Positions 52,880 to 61,002 of a stretch of DNA of 64,000 nt are shown piece after piece. The notes under the pieces were generated by a model. That model had not been told where the DNA came from, ran no database searches, and saw nothing but the letters and a program-made list of their open reading frames with translations. This DNA comes from Dehalococcoidales bacterium. GTDB lineage: Bacteria > Chloroflexota > Dehalococcoidia > Dehalococcoidales > BS750m-G39. The translations under genes were made by a program, and so were the position numbers. The stretch lies in assembly GCA_034419075.1 (NCBI GenBank), contig DAOULR010000022.1, forward strand, positions 2,598 to 66,597. Direction: 5' to 3'. How positions within the stretch are numbered: position 1 is the first letter of the stretch; every line of letters starts with the position of its first letter.

Positions 52880-54391
52880 ATGGTCAAGGAACTAGAAAAC
52901 AGACCGGCAAGGTGCTGCATCTACGCCCGGGTCTCAACCGATGAACAGGCCGAGCGGGACCTCTCAATCCCCTTTCAGCTGGAGAGGTGCCGCTACCATG
53001 CCCAGGGCAACAGCTGGGAAATCGTTGCCGAGTTCGTCGACGCCGGCGAAAGCGCCCGCACCGACAAGCGCCCCGAGTTTCAGAAGATGATCGCCTCGGC
53101 CAGGGCCAAAGACTTCGACGTTATTCTGGTGCACAAGTTCGACCGATTCGCCAGAAACGACTACGACTTCGTCGTCTACGAGAAAGAGCTGGAAGACTTG
53201 GGCATAACGGTGGAGAGCGTGAGCGAGCCCGGCGACGCTTCTACTCCAGCCGGCTATATCGGCCGACGGATGATGCAGGTCATCAGCACCTGGTACTCCA
53301 AGAACCTGGCCATCGAAGTGAAGAAGGGAATGCAGAAGGCCGTTGAAAACGGCGGCTGGCCCAAGAAAGCACCCTTCGGTTATTTGAACAAGCACGACAA
53401 GAACTCGGCGTGGGTCGAGGTCGACCCGAAGAACGGGCCGTTCGTCACCCAGGCTTTCCAAGAGATGGCTACCGGCCGCTGGACGCTCGAGGAGTGGGCG
53501 GACCAGGCCTATTCTTTAGGCTATACCAGCCGAAACGGTAACCGAGTAGTCAAACAGGCATGGAGCGCCATATTTCACAACCGGTTTTACCTTGGTGAGA
53601 CCTGGCTTAAAGACGGGGATACGCCCATCAAGGGGAAACACCAACCGCTGGTGGATGAAAATGTCTTTTTCCAGGTGCAGGACGTCCTGAGGCAGCACGA
53701 CAAGTATAAGCAACGCACCCAGCGCCACAAGTACCTGCTGCGCGGGCTGCTCTACTCCCTCGACGCCGACAGCTCGTGCTGGGCCGAGACGCACGTCAGA
53801 AAACGGATAAGCTACTACCGCACCCGCGCTAAAGCGGATGAGGGCCATGTGTTCTACAATACCAAGGACATTGAGGCACAGCTTCCCGACATCTTCAGAA
53901 GCGTGACCATTAGCCAGGATACCCGACAGCAATTGAGGCAGGAGCTGGCGGACTGGTTCGGGACTGAGGCTGGCAGTAACGAAGACCTGAAAAAAGCGGA
54001 GGCCCGGCTGACCAAGTTGGAAAAAATGGAGAAAAACCTCCAGCGGCTGGTTATCGAGGAGGAGATATCCTTTAAGGACTTCAAGGAACACCGGTCACGC
54101 ATCGAAGCGGAGAGGAGCCGACTGAGGAATACCGTAGACGCAATAAGGCAACGCCAGCATCTTGTCAAAGCTGATTTTGAGATAGCCCTTCAATTGGCCA
54201 CTGAGCTGGATTTCCTTTTTGACAAGGGTAACTTCGATGAGAGACGATTGCTCTGCGAAACGGTGCTCAAACGCCTGTATGTAAAAGAAGGCAAGGTTAC
54301 TAAGGTGGAGCTTAACTCGCCGTTCGCCCTTATCGCATCAAGGGCGGATGGTTCGGAATCTGTCTTGAGTGGTGGGCGGTACAGGACTTGA
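52880..54391 (+). CDS. Large serine recombinase (integrase)
   Basis: 503 aa. Resolvase catalytic N-terminus (CCIYARVSTDEQ), recombinase domain, coiled-coil C-terminal region. Its last codons contain a copy of the tRNA-Val 3' end. Confidence 0.9.
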   Translation: MVKELENRPARCCIYARVSTDEQAERDLSIPFQLERCRYHAQGNSWEIVAEFVDAGESARTDKRPEFQKMIASARAKDFDVILVHKFDRFARNDYDFVVYEKELEDLGITVESVSEPGDASTPAGYIGRRMMQVISTWYSKNLAIEVKKGMQKAVENGGWPKKAPFGYLNKHDKNSAWVEVDPKNGPFVTQAFQEMATGRWTLEEWADQAYSLGYTSRNGNRVVKQAWSAIFHNRFYLGETWLKDGDTPIKGKHQPLVDENVFFQVQDVLRQHDKYKQRTQRHKYLLRGLLYSLDADSSCWAETHVRKRISYYRTRAKADEGHVFYNTKDIEAQLPDIFRSVTISQDTRQQLRQELADWFGTEAGSNEDLKKAEARLTKLEKMEKNLQRLVIEEEISFKDFKEHRSRIEAERSRLRNTVDAIRQRQHLVKADFEIALQLATELDFLFDKGNFDERRLLCETVLKRLYVKEGKVTKVELNSPFALIASRADGSESVLSGGRYRT

Positions 54392-54393
54392 AC
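54369..54393. repeat. 25-nt duplicate of the tRNA-Val 3' end (att-like direct repeat) inside the integrase 3' end
   Basis: GTGGTGGGCGGTACAGGACTTGAAC recurs at 54446-54470 within the tRNA. Confidence 0.9.
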
Positions 54394-54446
54394 TTCTGGA
54401 GGTGCGGAGGGAGTAGGTGGTAGAAGTCAAGGCCGGGGAGGGGCGG

Positions 54447-54522
54447 TGGTGGGCGGTACAGGACTTGAACCTGTCACCTCTTGCGTGTGAAGCAAGCGCT
54501 CTAACCACTGAGCTAACCGCCC
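54447..54522 (-). tRNA. tRNA-Val (anticodon CAC), CCA encoded
   Basis: Hand-folded cloverleaf. Acceptor GGGCGGT/ACCGCCC, D arm GCTC-AGTGGTTA-GAGC, anticodon arm CTTGC-TTCACAC-GCAAG, variable AGGTG, T arm ACAGG-TTCAAGT-CCTGT, then A-CCA. 76 nt. Confidence 0.9.
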
Positions 54523-54610
54523 CGAACCTGTCTATTTTAACCCCAAAAATCGGCTTTGTAAACTTCAAATCCCAGCAGCCATCAGCTACGTGCGGCAAAT
54601 CCAAGTCTTC

Positions 54611-54670
54611 TGCATTCATATGCATAATTAGTGCATAGCTATTGCATACTTAATGCATTAATGGTATAAT
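54611..54670 (+). promoter_or_regulatory. Five phased TGCAT repeats followed by an extended -10 promoter (TGGTATAAT)
   Basis: TGCAT starts at 54611, 54621, 54632, 54643 and 54654 (spacing 10/11/11/11). TGGTATAAT at 54662-54670, 19 nt before ATG 54689. Confidence 0.5.
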
Positions 54671-54688
54671 ACCGAAACATATCTCTAT

Positions 54689-54901
54689 ATGAAGATGAAC
54701 GGAAACCTAGAGCAGCTCAGGAGAACGCGGGTCCTATCCCGCAAGGAGCTGTCGCGGCGCTCTGACGTTGACGAAAGCACCATCTATCGGGCGGAGCGCG
54801 GCCAGACCAAGCTCAGGCCGAGCACAGTCAGGAAACTGGCTCAGGCGCTCGGCGTACCCCCCGATCAGCTAATCAGTGAACAAGGGAGGTTCAGCCTGTG
54901 A
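54689..54901 (+). CDS. XRE-family HTH regulator (70 aa)
   Basis: LSRKELSRRSDVDESTIYRAERGQTKLRPSTVRKLAQALG. Confidence 0.75.
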   Translation: MKMNGNLEQLRRTRVLSRKELSRRSDVDESTIYRAERGQTKLRPSTVRKLAQALGVPPDQLISEQGRFSL

Positions 54902-55683
54902 CCATTACCTCGGAGATAAAACAAAGCACCCACCACCCCAAAGGGGCCGAAGTGAAGCTCTGCGTTATCTTTCCCGCCCGCAACGAGGCCGAAACTGTGG
55001 CCCGTTGCGTCAAAACCGCCCAGAAAAGCAGATACGAACCGGACATCCTGGTCATCGACGGCAACTCCTCGGACAAGACCAAGGCCAAGGCCAAGAGTGC
55101 CGGCGCCACCGTGGTCAAGCAGAGCCGTAACCTCTTCCCGGCTAAAGGCGTGGCCATGAAGGACGGGGTCAGGGAGGCATTAAGTCGGGGGGCGGACTAC
55201 ATCATGTTTCTCGACGCCGACATCGCCAACCTCACCACCAAATGGGTCGACCTTCTGGCCGAGTCGGTGATAGAAAAAGCCTGTGATATGTCCCGCGGCT
55301 ACTACCAGCGAGCCGACTATGATGGCGCCGTCACCAAGCTGGTGGCCAAACCGCTTTCCGGGGTCTTCTTCCCTGAGATTGCCCACTTCAACCAGCCCCT
55401 CTCCGGCGAAATATGCGCCACCGCCGAACTCTTCCAAGAACTCTCCAAAAGCCGGGATTGGCCCGATGGCTGGGGAGTAGACATATGGTTGCTCATCGAA
55501 TCGGCCATGAACGACTATCGTATCACCGAGGTCTACCTGGGAAACAAGGTACATACCTCCCGAAACGGCTACGAGAAAGACGTCAGCAGTCTGAGCAAGA
55601 TGGCGGAACAGGTCTCACTGACCACCTTCAAGGAGGCCATAAAATTCAAGCGAGTCGATAACCTCAAGAGGGTACACCTCTAA
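54898..55683 (+). CDS. Family 2 glycosyltransferase (glucosyl-3-phosphoglycerate synthase-like)
   Basis: 261 aa. VIFPARNEAETV and FLDADI (DxD) motifs. GTG start overlaps the XRE stop. Confidence 0.7.
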   Translation: MTITSEIKQSTHHPKGAEVKLCVIFPARNEAETVARCVKTAQKSRYEPDILVIDGNSSDKTKAKAKSAGATVVKQSRNLFPAKGVAMKDGVREALSRGADYIMFLDADIANLTTKWVDLLAESVIEKACDMSRGYYQRADYDGAVTKLVAKPLSGVFFPEIAHFNQPLSGEICATAELFQELSKSRDWPDGWGVDIWLLIESAMNDYRITEVYLGNKVHTSRNGYEKDVSSLSKMAEQVSLTTFKEAIKFKRVDNLKRVHL

Positions 55684-55771
55684 CCCGGGCTATACCCCCC
55701 GAACAGGCGATTGACAGTCAGTATAGCGAAGCCTATTATTAAAAAACTGGGTAAAGCCCCGGTTACTAAAA

Positions 55772-57424
55772 ATGAAAGTCAGCAGAATCAGCCGCATTCT
55801 GGCGTTGAGCGTTATCCTCGCCCTGCTCATACCCCTTCTCCCCACCCCAGTTCACGCCGCCGAATACCTTTTCGTTTCCCCCCGGGAAGGCAGAATCGGT
55901 GACCGTATTGAAATCAACGGCGCCGGTTTCAAAGAAGATGACAGCGTCTTTATCTATTTCTCCAGCCAGAAAGCCGAACTAGGCGATTTAATCGATACCG
56001 ATGTCACCGCCTACGAGCACCTATTTGTAGTCACTACCGATGAAGGCGGCAGTTTCGAGCGCGTTTACGCCTTCTTTCTACCCGATGCCCTCACCGACGG
56101 CGAAGACGTAGAAGACGTCCATGACGGTATTTACTACATCTACGCCGTTTACTTCCGCAGCTATCAGATAGTCGCCAGTGCCGTCTTGTTCGTTCTCGAC
56201 GGTGAAATCAGCCTAGACATCGAAGAGGGCGTCGTCGGCACCGAGGTCGAAATCAGCGGCGTAGGGCTCCGTCCCGAACAGTCAATCACCATCCAGTACG
56301 ATGAGGCCGACATCACTACATCGGGCGGCGACAGCCAGAGCGATAAAAACGGCGACTTCACCTGCACCATTGTCATTCCCGAAAGCTCGGCGGGCCGTCA
56401 TGTCATAACCGCCGTCGACGAAACAGGCAACACTCCTGATACCGAATTCACGGTAACACCCATGATAACCGTTGACCCCACCGAACAGCTAACCGGTAGC
56501 GAGGTACAGGTCATAGGCACGGGCTTTGCCGCGAGGGGAGATATAACCATCACTCTCGACGGCGAGGAGGTTACCACCACCCCCCTCCCCTTAAGTGCCA
56601 ACCACTACGGCAGCTTCGAGGGCAGCTTCCTGGTGCCTACCAGCGGTAGCTTCGGTGATAGGACAGTGGAAGCCCGTGATGATAGTTCTAACAAAGCCCA
56701 GGCGCAGCTGGCCATCCAGGGCGGTATAATGGTAAGTCCCACCACCAGCCTTACCTCCCCTGGCTACGCGGGAATGGAGCTTATCATCCGAGGTTCCGGT
56801 TTCAACATCGGCTCTACGGTCACCATAACCTACAGCGATAACGGCGAGGATACTCCGGTAACTACCGTCACCACCGATGACGGAGACTTTCGGGTGGAAT
56901 TCATCGTCCCTCCCAGCGCCGCCGGCAGCCATAATATAACCGCCGACGATGGCACCAGCACGGTAACCGCTATTTTTATTATGGAGGCAAAATCCCCACC
57001 CACCCCCATCCCGCTGTTACCGGAAGTCGCCGCCACCACGGGGGCAAGGGCACACTTCGACTGGACTGACGTTAGCGATGACAGTGGTATCAGCTATACC
57101 CTACAGGTCGCTGTTGATACCAACTTCAACGCCATCCTGCTGAACAGGGCAGGTCTGGAAACTTCAGAATACACGCTTACCGAGGAGGAAAAGCTGGCCT
57201 CATCTCAAGAAGACGCCCCCTACTATTGGAGGGTAAAAGCGGTCGACGGCGCCCTTAATGACAGCGGGTGGACATATCCACGGCTATTCTATATCGGCTT
57301 TTCTTGGTCAGCACTACCGGTCTGGGCGTGGTATGTCCTGGGGATTATCGTCGCCGCGGTGCTCGGCATACTCGGATATTGGCTATGGACAAAGAGGGCT
57401 AGAGGCAAAGCCAGGACCATCTGA
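55772..57424 (+). CDS. Cell-surface protein with four IPT/TIG-like repeats, FN3-like domain and C-terminal TM anchor
   Basis: Signal peptide. Repeated G(D/T/S)x(I/V)xIxGxGF blocks. C-terminal helix VLGIIVAAVLGILGYWLW followed by KRARGKAR. Confidence 0.7.
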   Translation: MKVSRISRILALSVILALLIPLLPTPVHAAEYLFVSPREGRIGDRIEINGAGFKEDDSVFIYFSSQKAELGDLIDTDVTAYEHLFVVTTDEGGSFERVYAFFLPDALTDGEDVEDVHDGIYYIYAVYFRSYQIVASAVLFVLDGEISLDIEEGVVGTEVEISGVGLRPEQSITIQYDEADITTSGGDSQSDKNGDFTCTIVIPESSAGRHVITAVDETGNTPDTEFTVTPMITVDPTEQLTGSEVQVIGTGFAARGDITITLDGEEVTTTPLPLSANHYGSFEGSFLVPTSGSFGDRTVEARDDSSNKAQAQLAIQGGIMVSPTTSLTSPGYAGMELIIRGSGFNIGSTVTITYSDNGEDTPVTTVTTDDGDFRVEFIVPPSAAGSHNITADDGTSTVTAIFIMEAKSPPTPIPLLPEVAATTGARAHFDWTDVSDDSGISYTLQVAVDTNFNAILLNRAGLETSEYTLTEEEKLASSQEDAPYYWRVKAVDGALNDSGWTYPRLFYIGFSWSALPVWAWYVLGIIVAAVLGILGYWLWTKRARGKARTI

Positions 57425-57433
57425 AGCGGGCGT

Positions 57434-57850
57434 CTACCCCGCCTTCAGTCTGACCTCGATCTGATCACCCTTTCCCGTCACCTCTTCGACAACAGGGATT
57501 CCTCTGAGGATATTAATCAAAGGTAGCGGCTCTTCAGCGGAGATGAAAACTCGGCTGCCCTCGCCCACCGCCCCACTCACCATCACCACCCTCAGGTCTT
57601 CGACCTTGAACAAAGCCTGCTTCAGGATATCCAGCTGAGCAAAACCCACCGGTGACGCTATATTCAGCACCACCATTCCCCGGTAAAGCCCGACGCCCTC
57701 CGCCGATTCAGTCGCCTTCTTCGCCTCAACCTTAGCCGGTTTGGCTTTCTCGGCCTTCTTCGGCTTCTCCTTGGTCGGTTTGGCTTTCTTCGCTTCTTTG
57801 GTCTTCAGCTTGGCACGCTTTTCGGCTTCCTTAGCCTTCTTCTCCTCCAT
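57434..57850 (-). CDS. Hypothetical protein with Lys/Ala/Glu-rich N-terminal tail (138 aa)
   Basis: ORF track. Histone-H1-like KAKEAEKRAKLK.. low-complexity region plus a small globular domain. Confidence 0.5.
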   Translation of the reverse strand: MEEKKAKEAEKRAKLKTKEAKKAKPTKEKPKKAEKAKPAKVEAKKATESAEGVGLYRGMVVLNIASPVGFAQLDILKQALFKVEDLRVVMVSGAVGEGSRVFISAEEPLPLINILRGIPVVEEVTGKGDQIEVRLKAG

Positions 57851-58079
57851 AGCCTGCCTCCTCGCCTCAAAATCATGGCTTTAGCCAGCGTCGATATCCC
57901 AATATAAGAGACGATTAAAAAACTTGTCAATCTAGGACTTTTTTCCTATGACTATTCGCTCCCCTAATTAACCCATTTGGGTGATTGTGGTATGTGGTAT
58001 GATAAGATATAGTAGTTGGTGTAAGGTTAAGGTAGTCTAGGAGAGGAAGAGGATATAACCTAAGGGAGGAGGCGAAATT

Positions 58080-58343
58080 ATGGCTAACTCTAGACGAATA
58101 GAGCCTATGCTGACGACAAGCGACGTTGCTCGTCTGCTCAACGTACACATAAACACCGTGAGACGCTGGAGCAACCAGGGAACGCTAAAGACCTACCGCA
58201 TCGGTGCCAGGGGTGACCGCCGGTTCCGACGGGAGGATATTGCTAGCTTTCTCTCACCAGAAGCGAGCGCCGCTGGAGGCAATGGGGAGAACACCGGAAA
58301 AGAGAGCCCCATAAATGGCAACAAAGTACTAGCTAACTACTAA
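58080..58343 (+). CDS. Excisionase/MerR-type HTH DNA-binding protein
   Basis: MLTTSDVARLLNVHINTVRRWSNQGTLKTYRIG..RRFRREDI. Confidence 0.75.
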   Translation: MANSRRIEPMLTTSDVARLLNVHINTVRRWSNQGTLKTYRIGARGDRRFRREDIASFLSPEASAAGGNGENTGKESPINGNKVLANY

Positions 58344-58374
58344 ATTCTAAGGCTTAAGAAGAGGAGGCGAGCGA

Positions 58375-59055
58375 GTGGATAAAACCAAGGTAATGGTCAT
58401 CGACGAGCAGGAGTTCTTTCGGGCTGGCGTGCGCCAGTTGCTTTCTCAGCAACCCGACCTGGATGTAGTTGAATACGACCCTTCCAAAGACCCGTTCGAG
58501 GCAATTGAGACCAGTCTCCCCGATGTCGCCCTACTGGGCTCCGACTTAGCCACCTTAAGCGGGCTGGAACTGGGCCGGAAAATCACCCGGCTTTACCCCA
58601 ATACCAAGGTAATAATGTTGAGCCCCAACCCCAATGACGAGGAGCTCTTCGAGATTATCAAGACCGCCGCCGTGGCCTGCCTCAACAAAAAGGCTTCGGC
58701 CGAAGAGCTGGTGAGCACCATACGCCGGGCCAAGAACGGTGAATACCCTATTAATGAGAGCCTGGGGCGTCCCACGGTGGCTAAACAGGTGCTAAAGCAG
58801 TTCCAGGACATAGCCTCGATAGGCAAGGCGATGGAAGCTGTAGCCGCACCCCTCACCAAAAGAGAGGCACAGATTCTGAACTACATTGCCCAGGGCAACT
58901 CCAACAAGCAAATCGCTTACATACTCGACATCAGCGAGCAGACCATCAAGAACCACGTCAGCTCCATACTGCGCAAACTGAACGCCAACGACCGTGCCCA
59001 TGCGGTTGCCCTGGCCATGCGCAACGGCTGGCTAATGGCCGAGGATAAATCGTAA
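58375..59055 (+). CDS. NarL/LuxR-family response regulator
   Basis: Receiver domain plus C-terminal LuxR HTH (LTKREAQILNYIAQGNSNKQIAYILDISEQTIKNHVSSILRKL). Confidence 0.8.
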   Translation: MDKTKVMVIDEQEFFRAGVRQLLSQQPDLDVVEYDPSKDPFEAIETSLPDVALLGSDLATLSGLELGRKITRLYPNTKVIMLSPNPNDEELFEIIKTAAVACLNKKASAEELVSTIRRAKNGEYPINESLGRPTVAKQVLKQFQDIASIGKAMEAVAAPLTKREAQILNYIAQGNSNKQIAYILDISEQTIKNHVSSILRKLNANDRAHAVALAMRNGWLMAEDKS

Positions 59056-59092
59056 ACTCCCCAGCCGTTCCTTTAGTTCAAGGGGGAACAAA

Positions 59093-60988
59093 ATGCGCCA
59101 ATCAACTATAAGCCCAACATTGAAGTCCCAGCTCAAAGCGTATCTGGAAAAGCAGGGATACGAAATAAACGAAGGAGCTAAACTCCCGGGAAAATCAGGG
59201 ATAGAACATGCCTTTGATATACTGGCCTACACCGAAACCAACGGGGCCAAGCGCTCCCTGGGCATAGACTTTATGGCAGGCGAAAAAGAGATAAGCCTGG
59301 AACAGGTTGTCGTCTTCGACAGCAAAGCCTACGAAACCGGCATTGACGATAAGGTCATCGTGGTATCGCCGGGAATCAGCGGCAAAGCGCAGAAATTCGC
59401 CCAGCAGCAGGGAATAAAGGTCGTCGATGGCACTCAAAAAGACTCGGTTAAGGCTGTGCTGACCAAGGAAGAGCCCGAGGCTACCCAAGCCAAGTCCGAT
59501 AAAAAAGCGCTGAGCCAGAACATTCAACCCGAAGCCATGCAGTTGATACCCGAGGTGATGGCGCGAAGGTATAACGCCATGCCCATGGCTATATCGGGCA
59601 AAACGCTGGAAGTAGCCATGGCCGACCCCACCGACATCTTTGCCCTCGAAGCCTTCACCGCCCTCTGCAAGATGAGGATTAAACCCGTAGCCGCCGACGC
59701 CACCGAAATCAGGGAAGCCATCGACTTCAACTACAAAGGCTACAGCGAGATTGAAAAACAGATTTCCCTGGTCACCATACCCAGTGATGTTACTGAGGAG
59801 AGGCTGGCCATTACCGCCGATACCGACGCCCCTCTGGCACAAGCCCTCAACCTCATCGTCGAAGAGGCGGTCAAAGCCCGCGCCTCCGATATTCACATCG
59901 AACCCGAAGAAGACAGACTAAGGGTGCGCTACCGCATCGACGGCACCCTTCAAGATATGATGTCCCTACCGCTTAACATACACCTGGCCCTCGTTTCCCG
60001 AATTAAAATCCTCTCCGAGCTGAATATTGCCGACCGCCACCGCCCCCAGGACGGACAGTTCACCGCCAAGGCCAAAGGGCGGGACATAGACATCAGGGTA
60101 GCCACCGCCCCCACCGTTCACGGCGAGATGGCCGAACTGCGACTCCTGGACAAATCGGTGGCCACGCTGGGACTATCCGAGCTCGGCATGCTACCCGACA
60201 GCCTAGAAAGGTACGAGAATATGCTCAAGGTTCCCTACGGCATGATTATAACCAGCGGCCCCACCGGCGCTGGTAAAACCACCACCATGTATGCTTCAAT
60301 CAACTCCCTTGACTGCCTGGAAAGGAACATTATTACTATTGAAGACCCCGCGGAATACCGCTTTAAGGATATCAACCAGATTCAGGTCAATCCCCAGGCC
60401 GGCATTACCTTTGCCACGGGACTACGGAGCATACTCCGTTTAGACCCCGACGTAATCATGGTCGGCGAGATACGCGATTCCGAAACCGCCAACATAGCCG
60501 TCCAGGCGGCGCTGACTGGCCACCTGATGCTATCATCACTCCATGCCAGCGACTCCACCGGTGTTCTCTCCCGGCTCACCGACCTGGGCATAGAGCCCTT
60601 CCTCATTGCCTCAGCCGTTATCGGCGTCGTCGCCCAGCGGATGGTGCGTCGCATCTGCCCCGACTGCGCCCACCATATCGAGGCTCCGGTGGTGGAACAG
60701 ATAGCCTACGCCAAAGAAACCGGCGAGAAAAAGACCGAGTTCCTCTACGGCACGGGCTGCAAGTCATGCGCCTACACCGGTTATCGGGGCCGAATCGGCA
60801 TCTTTGAGATTCTAACCATGAGCGATGAAATCAGGATGATGGTAGTCAACCGCGCCAGCAGCAGCCAGATTCGGGCTCAGGCGCTTAAAGAAGGCATGGT
60901 GACTATGATGAACGATGGCATGCGCAAAGTGAAGGCGGGAGTCACCACTCCCTCCGAGGTGCTGCGCAATGCTTACTCTACAGGCTAG
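59093..60988 (+). CDS. pilB: Type IV pilus/T2SS assembly ATPase (PilB/GspE) with an extra N-terminal domain
   Basis: 631 aa. GspE_N-like region, Walker A GPTGAGKTT, Asp/His boxes, tetracysteine CPDC...CKSC. The first ~110 aa look like a restriction-endonuclease-like fold. Confidence 0.85.
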   Translation: MRQSTISPTLKSQLKAYLEKQGYEINEGAKLPGKSGIEHAFDILAYTETNGAKRSLGIDFMAGEKEISLEQVVVFDSKAYETGIDDKVIVVSPGISGKAQKFAQQQGIKVVDGTQKDSVKAVLTKEEPEATQAKSDKKALSQNIQPEAMQLIPEVMARRYNAMPMAISGKTLEVAMADPTDIFALEAFTALCKMRIKPVAADATEIREAIDFNYKGYSEIEKQISLVTIPSDVTEERLAITADTDAPLAQALNLIVEEAVKARASDIHIEPEEDRLRVRYRIDGTLQDMMSLPLNIHLALVSRIKILSELNIADRHRPQDGQFTAKAKGRDIDIRVATAPTVHGEMAELRLLDKSVATLGLSELGMLPDSLERYENMLKVPYGMIITSGPTGAGKTTTMYASINSLDCLERNIITIEDPAEYRFKDINQIQVNPQAGITFATGLRSILRLDPDVIMVGEIRDSETANIAVQAALTGHLMLSSLHASDSTGVLSRLTDLGIEPFLIASAVIGVVAQRMVRRICPDCAHHIEAPVVEQIAYAKETGEKKTEFLYGTGCKSCAYTGYRGRIGIFEILTMSDEIRMMVVNRASSSQIRAQALKEGMVTMMNDGMRKVKAGVTTPSEVLRNAYSTG

Positions 60989-61002
60989 TGGGGAGATAAA
61001 AA

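Larger units (their letters stand above)
30487..54393. mobile_element. Integrated mobile element / atypical prophage (~24 kb) adjacent to tRNA-Val(CAC)
   Basis: Serine integrase, cI-like/ImmA-like/RHH switch, primase-helicase, clamp, and a long co-directional block of overlapping small genes. Right end is defined by the tRNA-derived 25-nt repeat. Left end is only approximate. Confidence 0.7.

Noticed and set aside
58375-59055. Possible pseudo-receiver: the phospho-acceptor position of the NarL/LuxR regulator seemed to be Gly (PDVALLGSDL).
   Set aside because: A 2-residue shift aligns the Asp of GSDL with the acceptor, and the other conserved receiver positions (acidic pair, Ser/Thr, Lys) are present. 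This cannot be decided by eye.
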